Shown: positions 13,563-26,933, counted from the whole stretch's first letter. The stretch is 63,949 bases of DNA, filler included, from Octopus bimaculoides (GCF_001194135.2; 5 parts of 5 records of this genome joined end to end with filler, not necessarily neighbours in it), one strand, 5' to 3'. The notes: generated by a model not told the origin, from the sequence alone. Numbers and translations are program-made.

Positions 13563-14185
13563 TTTTTTTTTTCTTAAAGTTTCAGCTTAAAGCTGCGGCC
13601 ATGCTGATGCACTACCATGTATATATATATAAAGATATAATTCACCTTTTTTCGAAAAGGATAGGCAAACGATAACCTTAGGCCGTTTGTGGAACCCTCA
13701 AAGATAACGATACCCTGACTATAAAATAGCATGGCTCTTCTACTAGCCTTCTTGTGATTTCCGACGTTAAATCCATATTCAAGTCTATTCAACCGCGCTT
13801 TTAGCATATCCATTGGAGCGTAGATGTTCTTTATTTACCCTCAACATAACGAGGAATTGGATGAAAAGTTTCCATTCACAGTCCATCCGTTTTAAATTTT
13901 CACTAAAAAAATTATGAGTTATGGTCTTTGTTTTTTCTTGTTTTTTTTTTCTGTTGTTTATTCAGATGATAATTTCGAAACTTGAGTAACCTGCATAGCG
14001 CTCCGAGACTGATGGAAATAGATGAGGAGTAACAAACAGCGGCTATGGTTAGAAACAATGAAACAAAACTATCGAGTTACCTAACCGTGGACTTGGTATC
14101 TCGCTTGAACAGTGATTTTTTTTTCTTTGTACCTGTTTCAGTCATTAGACAGCGCCCATTCTATGGCACCATATATATATACGCA

Positions 14186-14806
14186 TATATATATATGCAT
14201 ATATACATACGTATATGTACATACTTACATCTATACATATATGTATGGGGTACATGATGTGTGGGTACATGATGTCACGAAACGTGTGCAACAAATGTAC
14301 GAAGCACGAGTACATGGAACATGAACTATTCTTTCGAACAACAGAGAGAAAGAAATGAAGATGGCCGATGGTCACGTGGGAGCCACGTGAGCAAGGGAGG
14401 GAAAGTGACAGAGTAATAGGAAAGAATAATGGGTGAAGAGGAGGTACAAGAATAAGAGAGAGAAAAAGAGAGAAAACTGAAGAGTAAAAAGATCGTATAG
14501 AGTATATACCTATAGATGTAAGTATGTACATATACGTATGTATACATGCATATATATATATTATTTATAGTATTATATGATTGAACGTCACACATCCTCT
14601 TCCAAGTAAGTTTTATCTTAATAAATCTGATGCGCACTCTATACGATCTTTTTACTCTTTCGTTTTTCTCTCTTTTTCTCTCTCTTATTGTTTTAACGCC
14701 TCTTCTCCCACTATTATTTCCTGTTACTATGTTACTCTCTCTCCCTCAGTCCTCCTCCCTTGCTCCCACGTCACCATCGTCCATCTTTCTTTCTTTCTCT
14801 CCGTTG
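14186..14806. repeat. Two interleaved inverted repeat pairs (A-B-A'-B')
   Basis: 14202-14235 is the exact reverse complement of 14511-14544. 14338-14503 is an imperfect reverse complement of 14636-14806, with a 24 bp perfect core (14480-14503 / 14636-14659). Confidence 0.9.
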
Positions 14807-15374
14807 TAGCTGGAACAAGCAAGACATGTTCTTGTTTGTCTTCTGTCCTAGCTAGATTTACGCGTTCGCCACCACAACCTCGTTTAGGCTTAGCAGCCCT
14901 TCTTGTTTGCTTTCACTGTCCTGTTTGTGTTACCTATTTTGACCCTCCACAAAATCTCAAATTTTATTTAACTTGCTTTGCAAGAACAACTGTTTTATCG
15001 AAAGCGTATATTGTTAAATGCTCAAAATACGAGACTAGAAAAACAACCAACAACTGATGAAGAGTCGTTCTTTATGTTGTTTGTTTTATTTTCCATTTGT
15101 GTCTTTCGTTCTCTCTCTCTCTCTCCATATATATATATATATATATACATTATTTATATTATTATATGATTGAATGCCACGCATCCTCCTCCAAGTAAGT
15201 TATNNNNNNNNNNNNNNNNNNNNNNNNNNNNNNNNNNNNNNNNNNNNNNNNNNNNNNNNNNNNNNNNNNNNNNNNNNNNNNNNNNNNNNNNNNNNNNNNN
15301 NNNNNNNNNNNNNNNNNNNNNNNNNNNNNNNNNNNNNNNNNNNNNNNNNNNNNNNNNNNNNNNNNNNNNNNNNN

Positions 15375-15420
<46 letters not shown>

Positions 15421-16354
15421 TGTGTGTATGCATGTATGTATGTATAATAACGTACGCTATTCACGTGCACAATGACACTTACTGAAGTACGTATGTATAT
15501 AATTACAGAGTCTGATAGCCATATACAGACCGTGTATGCGTATGTTTATATACATATACACAAATAGTGTCTATAAATATCTGTATTTATATATACGTGC
15601 ATGACTATGTGTAAATGCACGTCTGTATATGTGTGTGTGAGTGTATACATACATATACATTCAAAAATACATACGTATATACAGACACATACATATATAC
15701 GTAAACACGCACAAACCCCCAATTAAACATACACATAAATGCACACATAAACACACACATAAACGCACCACCTGATTATATGTACGTATGTATATCAATT
15801 AAATAGTGACCAACGTTGAATGTTTAATGAGACGGAAGACGTCTGCTGAAGAAGCAATCAACTGTTCAAAGATAGATGGAAGAGAAAATCAGTCAAGCGT
15901 TGAATATAAAAGATGATTGGTTAAAAGGATGAAAAGGTGAGGTGACCAATGAAAACATAGACAAGACAAAATCACGTGATATATCAATATCTCTTCAGCA
16001 TTGCTTCGATGAATTTTGTTAATTAACTCACTGTATCTAGAGTCACTTGTCCCTCTTTAACACTCTCTTGATTAGATAATCAGTTTGTCATTTTGATGAG
16101 GTTGGCTCCGTTTTTATCAATTTATTTACATCTTCTTTGCATTCTGACAATTCTTTCAAACCCTTCGTTTTGCTATGTATGTTAACGTGTGTATGTGTGG
16201 ATTTTTATGCGCGTGTGTACGTGTCTGGGGGTATGCGTGTGCGTGCAAATGTATGAGTGTGTGTGTGTGTGGTCCTGCGTCCGTCTCTCCACTTACTGAT
16301 TCTCTCTCTCCCGCTCCTTCTCTTTCTTTCTTTCTCTCTCTCCATCTCCCTCTC

Positions 16355-16400
<46 letters not shown>

Positions 16401-16602
16401 TAAGTATATGTGTATTTATCATCTTTTGTATGTGTGATGCAAGAGCAGTGATATATGAGCTTATTTGTCTGTGCGCACATATATGTGTGTGTGTGTATGT
16501 GTGTGCGTGTGTGCATATATCTATTGTCTTATAAGTATGCATATATATATGTATATATAGAGAGAGAGATTGATAATTTTAGATTTAGATTTGTGTATTT
16601 GG

Positions 16603-16664
<62 letters not shown>

Positions 16665-17273
16665 NNNNNNNNNNNNNNNNNNNNNNNNNNNNNNNNNNNN
16701 NNNNNNNNNNNNNNNNNNNNNNNNNNNNNNNNNNNNNNNNNNNNNNNNNNNNNNNNNNNNNNNNNNNNNNNNNNNNNNNNNNNNNNNNNNNNNNNNNNNN
16801 NNNNNNNNNNNNNNNNNNNNNNNNNNNNNNNNNNNNNNNNNNNNNNNNNNNNNNNNNNNNNNNNNNNNNNNNNNNNNNNNNNNNNNNNNNNNNNNNNNNN
16901 NNNNNNNNNNNNNNNNNNNNNNNNNNNNNNNNNNNNNNNNNNNNNNNNNNNNNNNNNNNNNNNNNNNNNNNNNNNNNNNNNNNNNNNNNNNNNNNNNNNN
17001 NNNNNNNNNNNNNNNNNNNNNNNNNNNNNNNNNNNNNNNNNNNNNNNNNNNNNNNNNNNNNNNNNNNNNNNNNNNNNNNNNNNNNNNNNNNNNNNNNNNN
17101 NNNNNNNNNNNNNNNNNNNNNNNNNNNNNNNNNNNNNNNNNNNNNNNNNNNNNNNNNNNNNNNNNNNNNNNNNNNNNNNNNNNNNNNNNNNNNNNACCTT
17201 CGCAGCCGATGTGACAGCACGTCCGTGAGAAGAGATAGATAGATAGATAGATAGATAGACAGTTAGATGATAA

Positions 17274-17311
<38 letters not shown>

Positions 17312-17313
17312 CC

Positions 17314-17344
<31 letters not shown>

Positions 17345-17784
17345 CATACATACATACATACATACATACCTGCATATACACATGCACACACACACACACA
17401 CACATATATTTATGGACAGTGAGTGAGACACACAGATGACAGGCTTTCATCCAGTTTCCGTCCACCGAATTTAGTCACGACAATTGGGTCGGCTCTGGTT
17501 AATAGATGAAGACTAGTGGTCGCAAAATGAGCTTCTTAACGACATTGTTTTATCTCCTAATTCTTCGTTTCCTTTCTAAATAATCAATAGTCTACCTACT
17601 TTTCCCTATTTTTTCTTCACTGTCACATTTATGCATAGTCCTCCCTTCTCTCTATATATGTCTATTTATCCATTCATCTATCTATCTATCTGTCTGTCTG
17701 TTTATTTATCTGTCTGCCTTTCTGTCTACCTTTCTATCTGTCAATTTGTCTATGTATCTGTCAATCTATGTATCTATCTATATA

Positions 17785-18497
17785 CGAGGGAGAGTCAAAA
17801 ATTACATGCACTCTTGCATTTTCAATATATTTACACTGAAGCAAGGGATAAAGAAGTAGGTCATTTTTCTATATAGTTTCCTTCCTTTTCGATGCGCCTG
17901 GTCCAGCGGTCTGCAAATTTGCATATTCCCCCCAAGAAGAGGGTTTTCCGTTGGTCGTGCGACCATTTATGCACCGCTTCCTTCACATCTTCATCTCTAA
18001 GAAATCGACGACCTCGTAAACCATTTTTGAGCAATCCAAAGATATGATAATCGGAAGGGGCGAAATCTGGGCTGTAGGGATGATGTTCCAGCACCTCAAA
18101 ACCCAACTGGTTAATAGTTTCAACCGTCTGCGCGGCCGTGAATGGGCGTGTATTGCCATGCAACAACAAAACTTTCTTCGACAATAGGCTTCGGCGTTTA
18201 GTGCGAATCGCTGGCTTCAGTTTGTTGGCCAGCAAAGCACTGTATCTTGCAATGTCGATCATACACTCCTTTTCCAGAGAAATGGGATCATTGCTCTTTG
18301 TTCTTTAGTGCATATTGCTAGTGGAGCGGCCATGCTTACACTGTAAAGCCAGAAAGAAAAAATGGCACGATCAGGCTCAAACTTCGATCACGTGACCACA
18401 ATAATTTCCAACTATAAGCACACATATCCAGAAGGCAGTGTGACAACAATAAAGATTTATTATGGCGAAAGTGCGGATAATTTTTGACTTCCTCTCG
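17785..18497 (-). mobile_element. Mariner (irritans-like) internal-deletion derivative
   Basis: TIRs CGAGGGAGAGTCAAAAATTA (17785) and reverse-complement CGAGAGGAAGTCAAAAATTA (18497), with TA on both flanks (17783-84, 18498-99). Confidence 0.9.
17861..18333 (-). pseudogene. Mariner transposase relic
   Basis: N-terminus MAAPLAICTKEQRAMIPFLW (from 18333) is joined to the C-terminal DD34D region LLHGNTRPF...HHPYSPDFAPSDYHIF. The catalytic HDN motif reads HGN. Confidence 0.9.
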
Positions 18498-19556
18498 TAT
18501 CTCTCTGTCTATTCGTCTAACTATTTATTATGAATACACATACATACACATACACACACACACACACAAGAACGCGCGCACACACACACACGTTCACATG
18601 CACATACACACACAAGCACACACGCATACACACATATAGTGAGAGACAAATTCAAACATACTCACACACATACATACACACACAGAGTGAGAGAGACAAG
18701 TTCATACGTACATGCAATCACATACACACAGAATGGTGAGAGAGACACAGAGAGACAAACACATTCACATTCGCACACACACACACACACACACACGAAG
18801 TCAGAGACATACACAAACACAATCACATGCGCACACACGCATACAGACGTACATAGACGCACACACATGTATACATACAGTGAGAAAGAGAACGACAAAC
18901 ACATACACACACATATACACATGATGAGAGAGACAAGTACATACAAGCCAACATTCATACACACATTGCCAGTTAGGAACATAGGTTATTTGATTGGCTA
19001 ATTATCTCAGGTGTCGCTTTATCTTTGCGATACTAACGTGTTTATGTTAGTATGTATGTTTATGTATTTGTGTAATTATGTCTACATAATGTTTTATAAA
19101 TGTGTGTTAATACCTCTAGCGACATCTATCACCTGTCATGCGTCTCTGTCAATCACTTCTGTACTACTCAGCTACTTGATATGATATGAGATCGATATTT
19201 TTGTTTAATGATTGGTTTTATATAGCGTAGTGAAGGCAGGAAGTATCGATAACCATTTTTGCGAAAGACAGATCAGGTGAAAGACAAAGTGTCATCTTCA
19301 TTGTAAATGTTCTTACTGATAGCCGTCGTAGGCCAAAGGTGATAATTTTGAACGCATGCGCATATATATAGCGAAAAACTGCACACAGACCAAGACACGT
19401 GCACACGCTACACACACAGATACACAAAGATTAACTTTGATTTATATGGTTTCATTAGTAAATGAAGTCAATAATTTTAGAATTTTAAAGTTAGGTGATA
19501 TAAAGGAGGTTTTCATATAATTTTGGTTATTTATATCAGAGAACAAAATGGACAGC

Positions 19557-19617
<61 letters not shown>

Positions 19618-19825
19618 TGGTGATGATGATGATGATAATTGCACTACTGGGCACTGCACACATCCTACGCAAAACACATTCAATACAGTGAAAAGAAGAG
19701 CACCATACCAAACCGCAGCACATACCCAAGGCACACAGAGCTGCGCTCGGTAGTACAGTGAAAGCACGTGATAAAAATAAGATTACTGAGCAATAATAAT
19801 AAGAATAATAATAATTATTATTATA

Positions 19826-20026
19826 ATCTTTTCTACTCTAAGCACATGGCCCGAAATTTTGTGGAAGGAGGGGGCAGTCGATCAGATCGACCCCGGTACG
19901 CAACTGGCATTTAATTTTACGGCCCCGAAAGGATGAAAGTCAAAGTCGACCTCGGCGAAATTTGAACTCAGAACGTAGCGGCAGACGAAATACCGCTAAG
20001 CATTTTGCCCGGCGTGCTAACGATTC
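19826..20026 (-). mobile_element. SINE family A
   Basis: Reverse complement of gaatcgttagcacgccgggcaaaatgcttagcggtatttcgtc...gagttcaaatttcgccgaggtcgac, with an ATT-type tail. Confidence 0.9.
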
Positions 20027-20036
20027 NNNNNNNNNN

Positions 20037-20124
<88 letters not shown>

Positions 20125-21504
20125 CGATTAAGATGTTTTCTTTTATTTGCCACAGGAGTATAAATGAGGGGGACACTACAAGAACAAACAGCTTATGGTA
20201 ATATTTCTCATTATGATCACGATCAGCAGCAGCTACAACAAAAGCAGCAGTAAGAACAACAACACGAATATCGAAACAATGGAGGCAATAGTAGTGAGTC
20301 ACGTACTGCTAAGCAGGTTGTCTCTTGAGAATTGGTTTCACCAAACCTTTAAACACTTTGATGTTTGCCGCTGTAGTTTCCACTGCTAATTAGCAACATT
20401 GAATGATAATATAAACACACCCATACAAGCACAAACACATACGCACACGCACGCACACACACACACACACACACAGAGACACACACGCGCACACACACAC
20501 ACACATACACGCACACATACACTTACGAATGCATGTATGCTTACATCGCAACTACTCACAAATACACTGAGACATATATATGCGTACTTTTAGGCATACT
20601 CTCTCTCTCTCTCTCTTTCACACACACACACACATACACACACTCACGTACATATCAAATATACATACATGCGTGGGCGCACACGTACTCACACAAATTA
20701 TTTTTATCTACTCTATTACCTTCGGCCAAAGGGTGTGGCTCTGCTGGGGCACCGCCACTATATATTTGTATGCATGTGTATATATATATATTATAATATT
20801 AGGGAATGTCAAAATCCGAACCTACAACGTCATTCAATTTAATAGTAACAAATCGAGTTTTATAATGAAAAATATATTAATAATTTAAAGAAGAACCACC
20901 AAGATGCAATCCAAACAATGAAGGAAACCAGACACCATCAAGAAAAACGTACCTTTCAAAATACTGATTTAAAAAACTATAAAATCGAAAAGAAAATTTA
21001 TAATCTATAAAATCTATAAAATATTAGATCAAAAATTTAATTCAGTTAAGTAAATTTATAAAAACCGGAAGTGAATAATAGACTATGTGCGTTTCGTGGC
21101 CACATAATAGTGGAAAAGATCTGTGCAATTTACAATAAATTGATCAAGATAAGTTCCACACAGAATGAGGACATTCTTCAGGTCTTGCAAATTGAAAAAC
21201 ATATAGAAATATTTAAAAATGCAAATAAAATGCAATAGGATAAAGTAGACATATCTGTACATTTAGGAAAGCAATTATTAGTACAATACATAAAATGTCA
21301 AGGTTTTATAATAATAATCATTTGTCAAGTTAAAGGCATAATTCTTCTAATGAAGAAACACTTTCTGTGGATTAAGAATGGGAAAACATATAAAAAGATA
21401 GTGTTATAGACTATTAAATGAATTCGGACGTTCAACAATATTAATAAAAAGAACAGCAAGAAAGATAAGTAATGCTGTTTCATGATTCCCTGCTGAAATT
21501 GTGA

Positions 21505-21607
21505 GAGGATTTGGTAAGTACTGGGCTTGATCTGGTCGACAAAAGCCCTTCAAGACGGTGCGACAGCATGACCGTATTACATCCACTGAAAGAAGTAAAT
21601 GATAAAT
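21505..21607 (+). mobile_element. SINE family C tail fragment
   Basis: ggtaagtactgggcttgatc...ttcaagacggtgcgacagcatgaccg...ctgaaagaagtaaatgata. Confidence 0.6.
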
Positions 21608-21613
21608 AAACAC

Positions 21614-21686
<73 letters not shown>

Positions 21687-22329
21687 CTTACATACAAGAG
21701 TCAAAGTGTACGTACGCCGCTATNNNNNNNNNNNNNNNNNNNNNNNNNNNNNNNNNNNNNNNNNNNNNNNNNNNNNNNNNNNNNNNNNNNNNNNNNNNNN
21801 NNNNNNNNNNNNNNNNNNNNNNNNNNNNNNNNNNNNNNNTATATATATATATATGCAAAGGCTAGATTTGTTAAGATATGTTTGTGTCATGTTCAGCCGC
21901 TAAAATGCAAATTCACTGCAGGTGCCGCGAAGAAAATGCTGTCTTATGATAAAAGAAATGTGTAAAAACACCTTATCTACCAAGTGTCCCAATTAATCAG
22001 GATTCAAAGACATCGATGTTTCTAGCTCATTAGCCGTTATCAAGGGGAAATACCTAAGACAGGCAACTCTGGACAGACTTTATTAAAGATATACATTTAA
22101 CTAAAATACAACCAATAATATTGACTGATATGGTTAGCAGACCACCAGGTCGTGGAAATGGTGTTTTACACCTTTTTCATCATAAGAGAAAATTTTCTTC
22201 ACGGTAACTGCAGTGAATTAGACTTTTAACAGTTGAAATATGTCGCAAACATATTTTAACTAGCCTAAAGTTTGGTTATACCTCAACACTGCTTGGAGCT
22301 AATATTACGTTAATATATATATATATATA

Positions 22330-22331
22330 TT

Positions 22332-22395
<64 letters not shown>

Positions 22396-22677
22396 NNNNN
22401 NNNNNNNNNNNNNNNNNNNNNNNNNNNNNNNNNNNNNNNNNNNNNNNNNNNNNNNNNNNNNNNNNNNNNNNNNNNNNNNNNNNNNNNNNNNNNNNNNNNN
22501 NNNNNNNNNNNNNNNNNNNNNNNNNNNNNNNNNNNNNNNNCAGACAGGCAGACAGACAGACAGACACAGACGGACGGACGGACGGACGGACGGACGGACG
22601 GACGGACGGACGGACGGACGGACGGACGGACGGGTGGACAGACAGACAGACAGACTGGTAGGTAGATAGATAGATTT

Positions 22678-22738
<61 letters not shown>
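22330..22738. repeat. Compound (GATA)/(GA)/(CAGA)/(CGGA)/(TAGA) array spanning a gap
   Basis: Seen directly; neighbouring motifs differ by single substitutions. Confidence 0.9.
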
Positions 22739-22965
22739 CTGGTAGTGTGGTGTCGCTTGTCCTCCACACCTCTCCCGGTCATCATGCCTCATACCAATCC
22801 CCTCTCATTCACCTTATCGATGACACTTGATTGTCAGCAGGCACGTGCCACGACATGAAAAGACGCCGACAGGATAACGAAACAAGAGCAACAACAACAT
22901 CCACAACCACGATGAACCAAAGTAATACTAAAAACAATACAAGACCGGAAGAATGCTATGACGAC

Positions 22966-23034
<69 letters not shown>

Positions 23035-23086
23035 CGTTGTCGTCGTCGTTGTTGTTGTTGTTGTTGTTATTGTCGTTGATCTTAGT

Positions 23087-23132
<46 letters not shown>

Positions 23133-24162
23133 CCGTCATCGTATTTATCGCTGTTGTTGTTGTGGTTCGTCTATTGTTTGTATTTCTCTCTCGGTGATTT
23201 GCATATTTTTGTAAAGTGGTTTTTTTTTCATGTTATTTATTTACTTTTGGTAACTTAATTGGCCTCATTGAAGATTTCCGCAGTTGAGATCTTTAATTAA
23301 CTGACAGGAACTCTAATCAATGATGCCGTGCCTGTCCCAAAGAATGGCTTTAGTATTTCTAGTGTCACGGTTTCGATACTTTACAAGCGCTCTCCCTTCA
23401 CTAATACATAAATCATTTAACCAAATACAAAGACAGTTTCAAATATTTCATCATCAGCATCATCAGCATCATCATCATCATCATCATCATCATAACCATC
23501 ATTATCATAACCATCATCATCATCATCAATCCGCTGACATTATTGTCTCAAGGCCAGGTAACCAGAGGGCTGGCTGCTCGGTTTCCATGGAGTATAAGTG
23601 GCCGGCATCATAAAATAGCCGCTGAATGAGAAACCAGTCTGTTGAAAGGTAACTCCCATTATTTAGGTGGTTACATTTTAGTGTTGCTGTTGTTGTTTAG
23701 CGGCATCTTGGGCCAGTGGCTTCTCTCCGATGGCAACAGGCCGACCAAAACCATGTCAGGTAGTTTTCGGGATGGAAATTATGCAGAAGCTTACTGTATG
23801 TATGTATGTATGTATGTATGTATGTATGTATGTATGTATGTATGTATGCATATATGTATGCAAGCAAATATATATATTGAGTTTTTACCTGTAATTTTGG
23901 ATTTTGTCCCTAATATTATAATATATATATATATATATATANNNNNNNNNNNNNNNNNNNNNNNNNNNNNNNNNNNNNNNNNNNNNNNNNNNNNNNNNNN
24001 NNNNNNNNNNNNNNNNNNNNNNNNNNNNNNNNAAGTAGACATCTTTAATTTTCAAAGTTTCTGATCTAAGCATCTTAATGTTTTCAGTGGTGTAGAATTT
24101 ACAATGTAATAATTCTTTTTCATTATAGGTGCCACTATATTAAGCATTTGCGAAGAGTAACC

Positions 24163-24555
24163 ATGCCACGCAGAAAAAATTCAGCAGAACTGTCAATTTT
24201 TTTAAGAGGTCGTATTGTTGGGCAATCTGAGGCTGATCTTAGCCAGCGAAAACTTGCCGAAAATCTTCAAATTCTTCTTGCTACTGTTAATTGAATTATA
24301 GTGCAATTCAAAAGCCAAGGAAAAGAATCAACAGATTCTCGTCACGGCCAACCTGGGCCCTCGGAAAGGAAACTTCGCTGTTTGAAGAGAATTGTGGAAA
24401 GCGAAACCCGTTCGAAGGCTTCTGGTATTGCGAAACAACTACAAGTTAGTCCAAGAACGTGTGTTACATATCTGCATAAGCTTGGGTATTATGGACGAGC
24501 AGCTAGAAGAAAACTTTTCCTTCAACCAATTAATATCATGAAAAAAATGGGCTAA
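24163..24555 (+). pseudogene. Tc1-like transposase N-terminal (paired/HTH) relic
   Basis: MPRRKNSAELSIFLRGRIVGQSEADLSQRKLAENLQILLATVN*IIVQFKSQG...VSPRTCVTYLHKLGYYGRAARRK, with an in-frame TGA at 24292. Confidence 0.85.
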
Positions 24556-25138
24556 GGAGATGTCAGAATAATCCAGTTCATTTTTTCGGCCATCTTACAA
24601 ACCACTAAAACTTATGTAGAAGTGTGAGGTGCATACACTCCTCTCCATACACTTTCTGCGACTTTGTTTTGGCATTTGAATAGGTATCACCACGATAACC
24701 TTCTCTGTCATGCACAATGCGACAAGCACACGCTACACACCTTCCTGCCAAGCACTGCTGTAAATAGCGAAAGTGAGCTAGAACGTTAAAACTTAATGCG
24801 CATGTACGGCAGAGTCTAAGATCAATTTTTGCCAAGCAACTTCTCTCTGCGTCTTTTAGCTTCGTTACTATAGCAAAAATCCAGATACTTATTTATCAGA
24901 CTTCGTACACACACATATATATATACACTCACACACATATGTGTATATCTTACATATATGTATATATATTTATTTATACATGTATATATTTATGAATATG
25001 TATGTATATATATATATANNNNNNNNNNNNNNNNNNNNNNNNNNNNNNNNNNNNNNNNNNNNNNNNNNNNNNNNNNNNNNNNNNNNNNNNNNNNNNNNNN
25101 NNNNNNNNNNNNNNNNNNATAATAATAATAATAATAAT

Positions 25139-25360
25139 AATGGCTTCAAATTTTGGCACAAGGCCAGCTATGTAAAGGAGGGTATATGTTGATTACATTG
25201 ACCCCCCAACCCCAATGTTCAACTGGTACTTATTTCATCGACCCCGGAATGATGAAACGTAAATTCGACTTAGGTAGAATTTGAAGTCAGAAGGTAAAGA
25301 CGGACGAAATGCCACTAAGCATTTTGTCCGGCACCGTTATGATTCTGACAGCTGGCTACC
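25139..25360 (-). mobile_element. SINE family A
   Basis: Reverse complement of the family A head and body, tail gctggccttgtgccaaaatttgaagcc followed by (ATT)n. Confidence 0.85.
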
Positions 25361-25642
25361 TTAGTTTTGAGAATAATAACGATAAGTGTTTCAAATCTTG
25401 GTACACACCCTGCAAAGTGAGTACTTTGTGGTAAAGATATTTCATTGGTTTTGGAGGATATTCAAAATGAAAATTGGTCTAAAAATAAGTGGTGTTAATA
25501 AGTGGGGCTAAAGAAGTTGTACCAAAGATCGAGAAAACTATTCGCAATGCACAGAGCATTCCACACGAAGAGCGATATTAACAGGCTGTGTCTAACTAGG
25601 CACAAAAGTGGACAAGGACTAATCACATGTGAAAGATAAAAG

Positions 25643-25892
25643 CCCATCGTATATATATATATTATATATACATGCATGTGTGACCTTGTGTCTGTATTTG
25701 TCCACCATCACGCTTTAACAACCGGTGTTAGTGTGTTTACGTCTTCATAATTTAGTGGTACGGCCAAATCGACTCATAGAATAGGTAACAGGCTTTCAAA
25801 TATGTTCTGGTATCAGTTCATTCGACTCAAAATTCTTTAAGGCAGTGCCCCACCATGAACGCAGTCTAATGACCCAAACAAGTAAAAGGTAT
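25643..25892 (+). mobile_element. SINE family C 3' half
   Basis: aagcccatcgtatata...gtgtctgtatttgtcc...acaaccggtgtt...gcagtctaatgacccaaacaagtaaaag. Confidence 0.75.
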
Positions 25893-26126
25893 AAGATATA
25901 CGTGTGCGTATGTCTGTTTGCGTTATGTTGCATAGCCTAGTGGTTAGGGTGTTGCACTCATGGTCTTTCGATTGTGGTTTCAATTCCTCGACCAGGAGGT
26001 GAATATATATATACATATATATATATATTTATATATATATATTCATATAAATACATTGGTTATCAAGTGGTGTTTGGGGGCAGAGACACACGCAAGAACA
26101 CACATGCATGTGTATATAATATATAC

Positions 26127-26273
26127 GACGAGCTTCTTTCAGTTTTCGTCCATCAAATCCACTGATAGGGCTTTGGTCGATCCAAGGTTATAGTAGAAGA
26201 AACGTTCCTAAGGTGCAACATAATGGGACTGAACCCGGAATCACGAGGTTGGGAAGCAAGTTTCTTACCACAC
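26127..26273 (-). mobile_element. SINE family C head
   Basis: Reverse complement of gtgtggtaagaaacttgcttcccaacc...ccgggttcagtccc...gaccaaagccc...aactgaaagaagctcgt. Confidence 0.8.
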
Positions 26274-26316
<43 letters not shown>

Positions 26317-26826
26317 CACACACACACACAACACACACAATCCCATGATCATTCACAAAAGTGTTTTCATTCGCAAAACTTTTTCGGTATCTTGTATTTG
26401 CATTTGTCACAAGAAAGAAAATTATACTTATTGATACGCTGTGTAATTAAGTTCCGAACACCAATAACCGCATAACCAAACCTTTAATTTTTTTCATTGC
26501 CCACACCTCATTTGGAATCCACCACTACGACAACTATCAGTGAATGTCCCTCTCCATCATCTTTGTTATTATTTGCAGTTCTAATTTTCTCATAATTTAT
26601 AATAATTATATTTTCGTCTTTAAGTTAGTAATGACATGCTTGGATGTAGAGACAGCTCTTCATATGGTGTAGAGAATATGAAATACGCACGCACCTACAC
26701 ACACACATATGTACACATACACACTCAAATCTATGTATGTGTGTGTATATTAAATATATATATGTGCGTACACATACATGCGTGTGCGTGAGTTTATTAT
26801 TGTCATAATGACCCTCCCTAAACGAT

Positions 26827-26861
<35 letters not shown>

Positions 26862-26894
26862 ACAGTAATTATACATACACACATGCACACACGC

Positions 26895-26933
<39 letters not shown>

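Noticed and set aside
15040-15098. AU-rich hairpin containing CTGATGA
   Set aside because: Low-complexity pairing with bulges, and no GAAA box follows.
23642-23790. Signal-peptide-like YILVLLLLFSGILGQW
   Set aside because: TTG start with an in-frame TGA at 23627 and no ATG; the frame runs into (TATG)n.
24605-24835. 76 aa Cys-containing minus-strand ORF
   Set aside because: No recognisable motif and no convincing splice sites.
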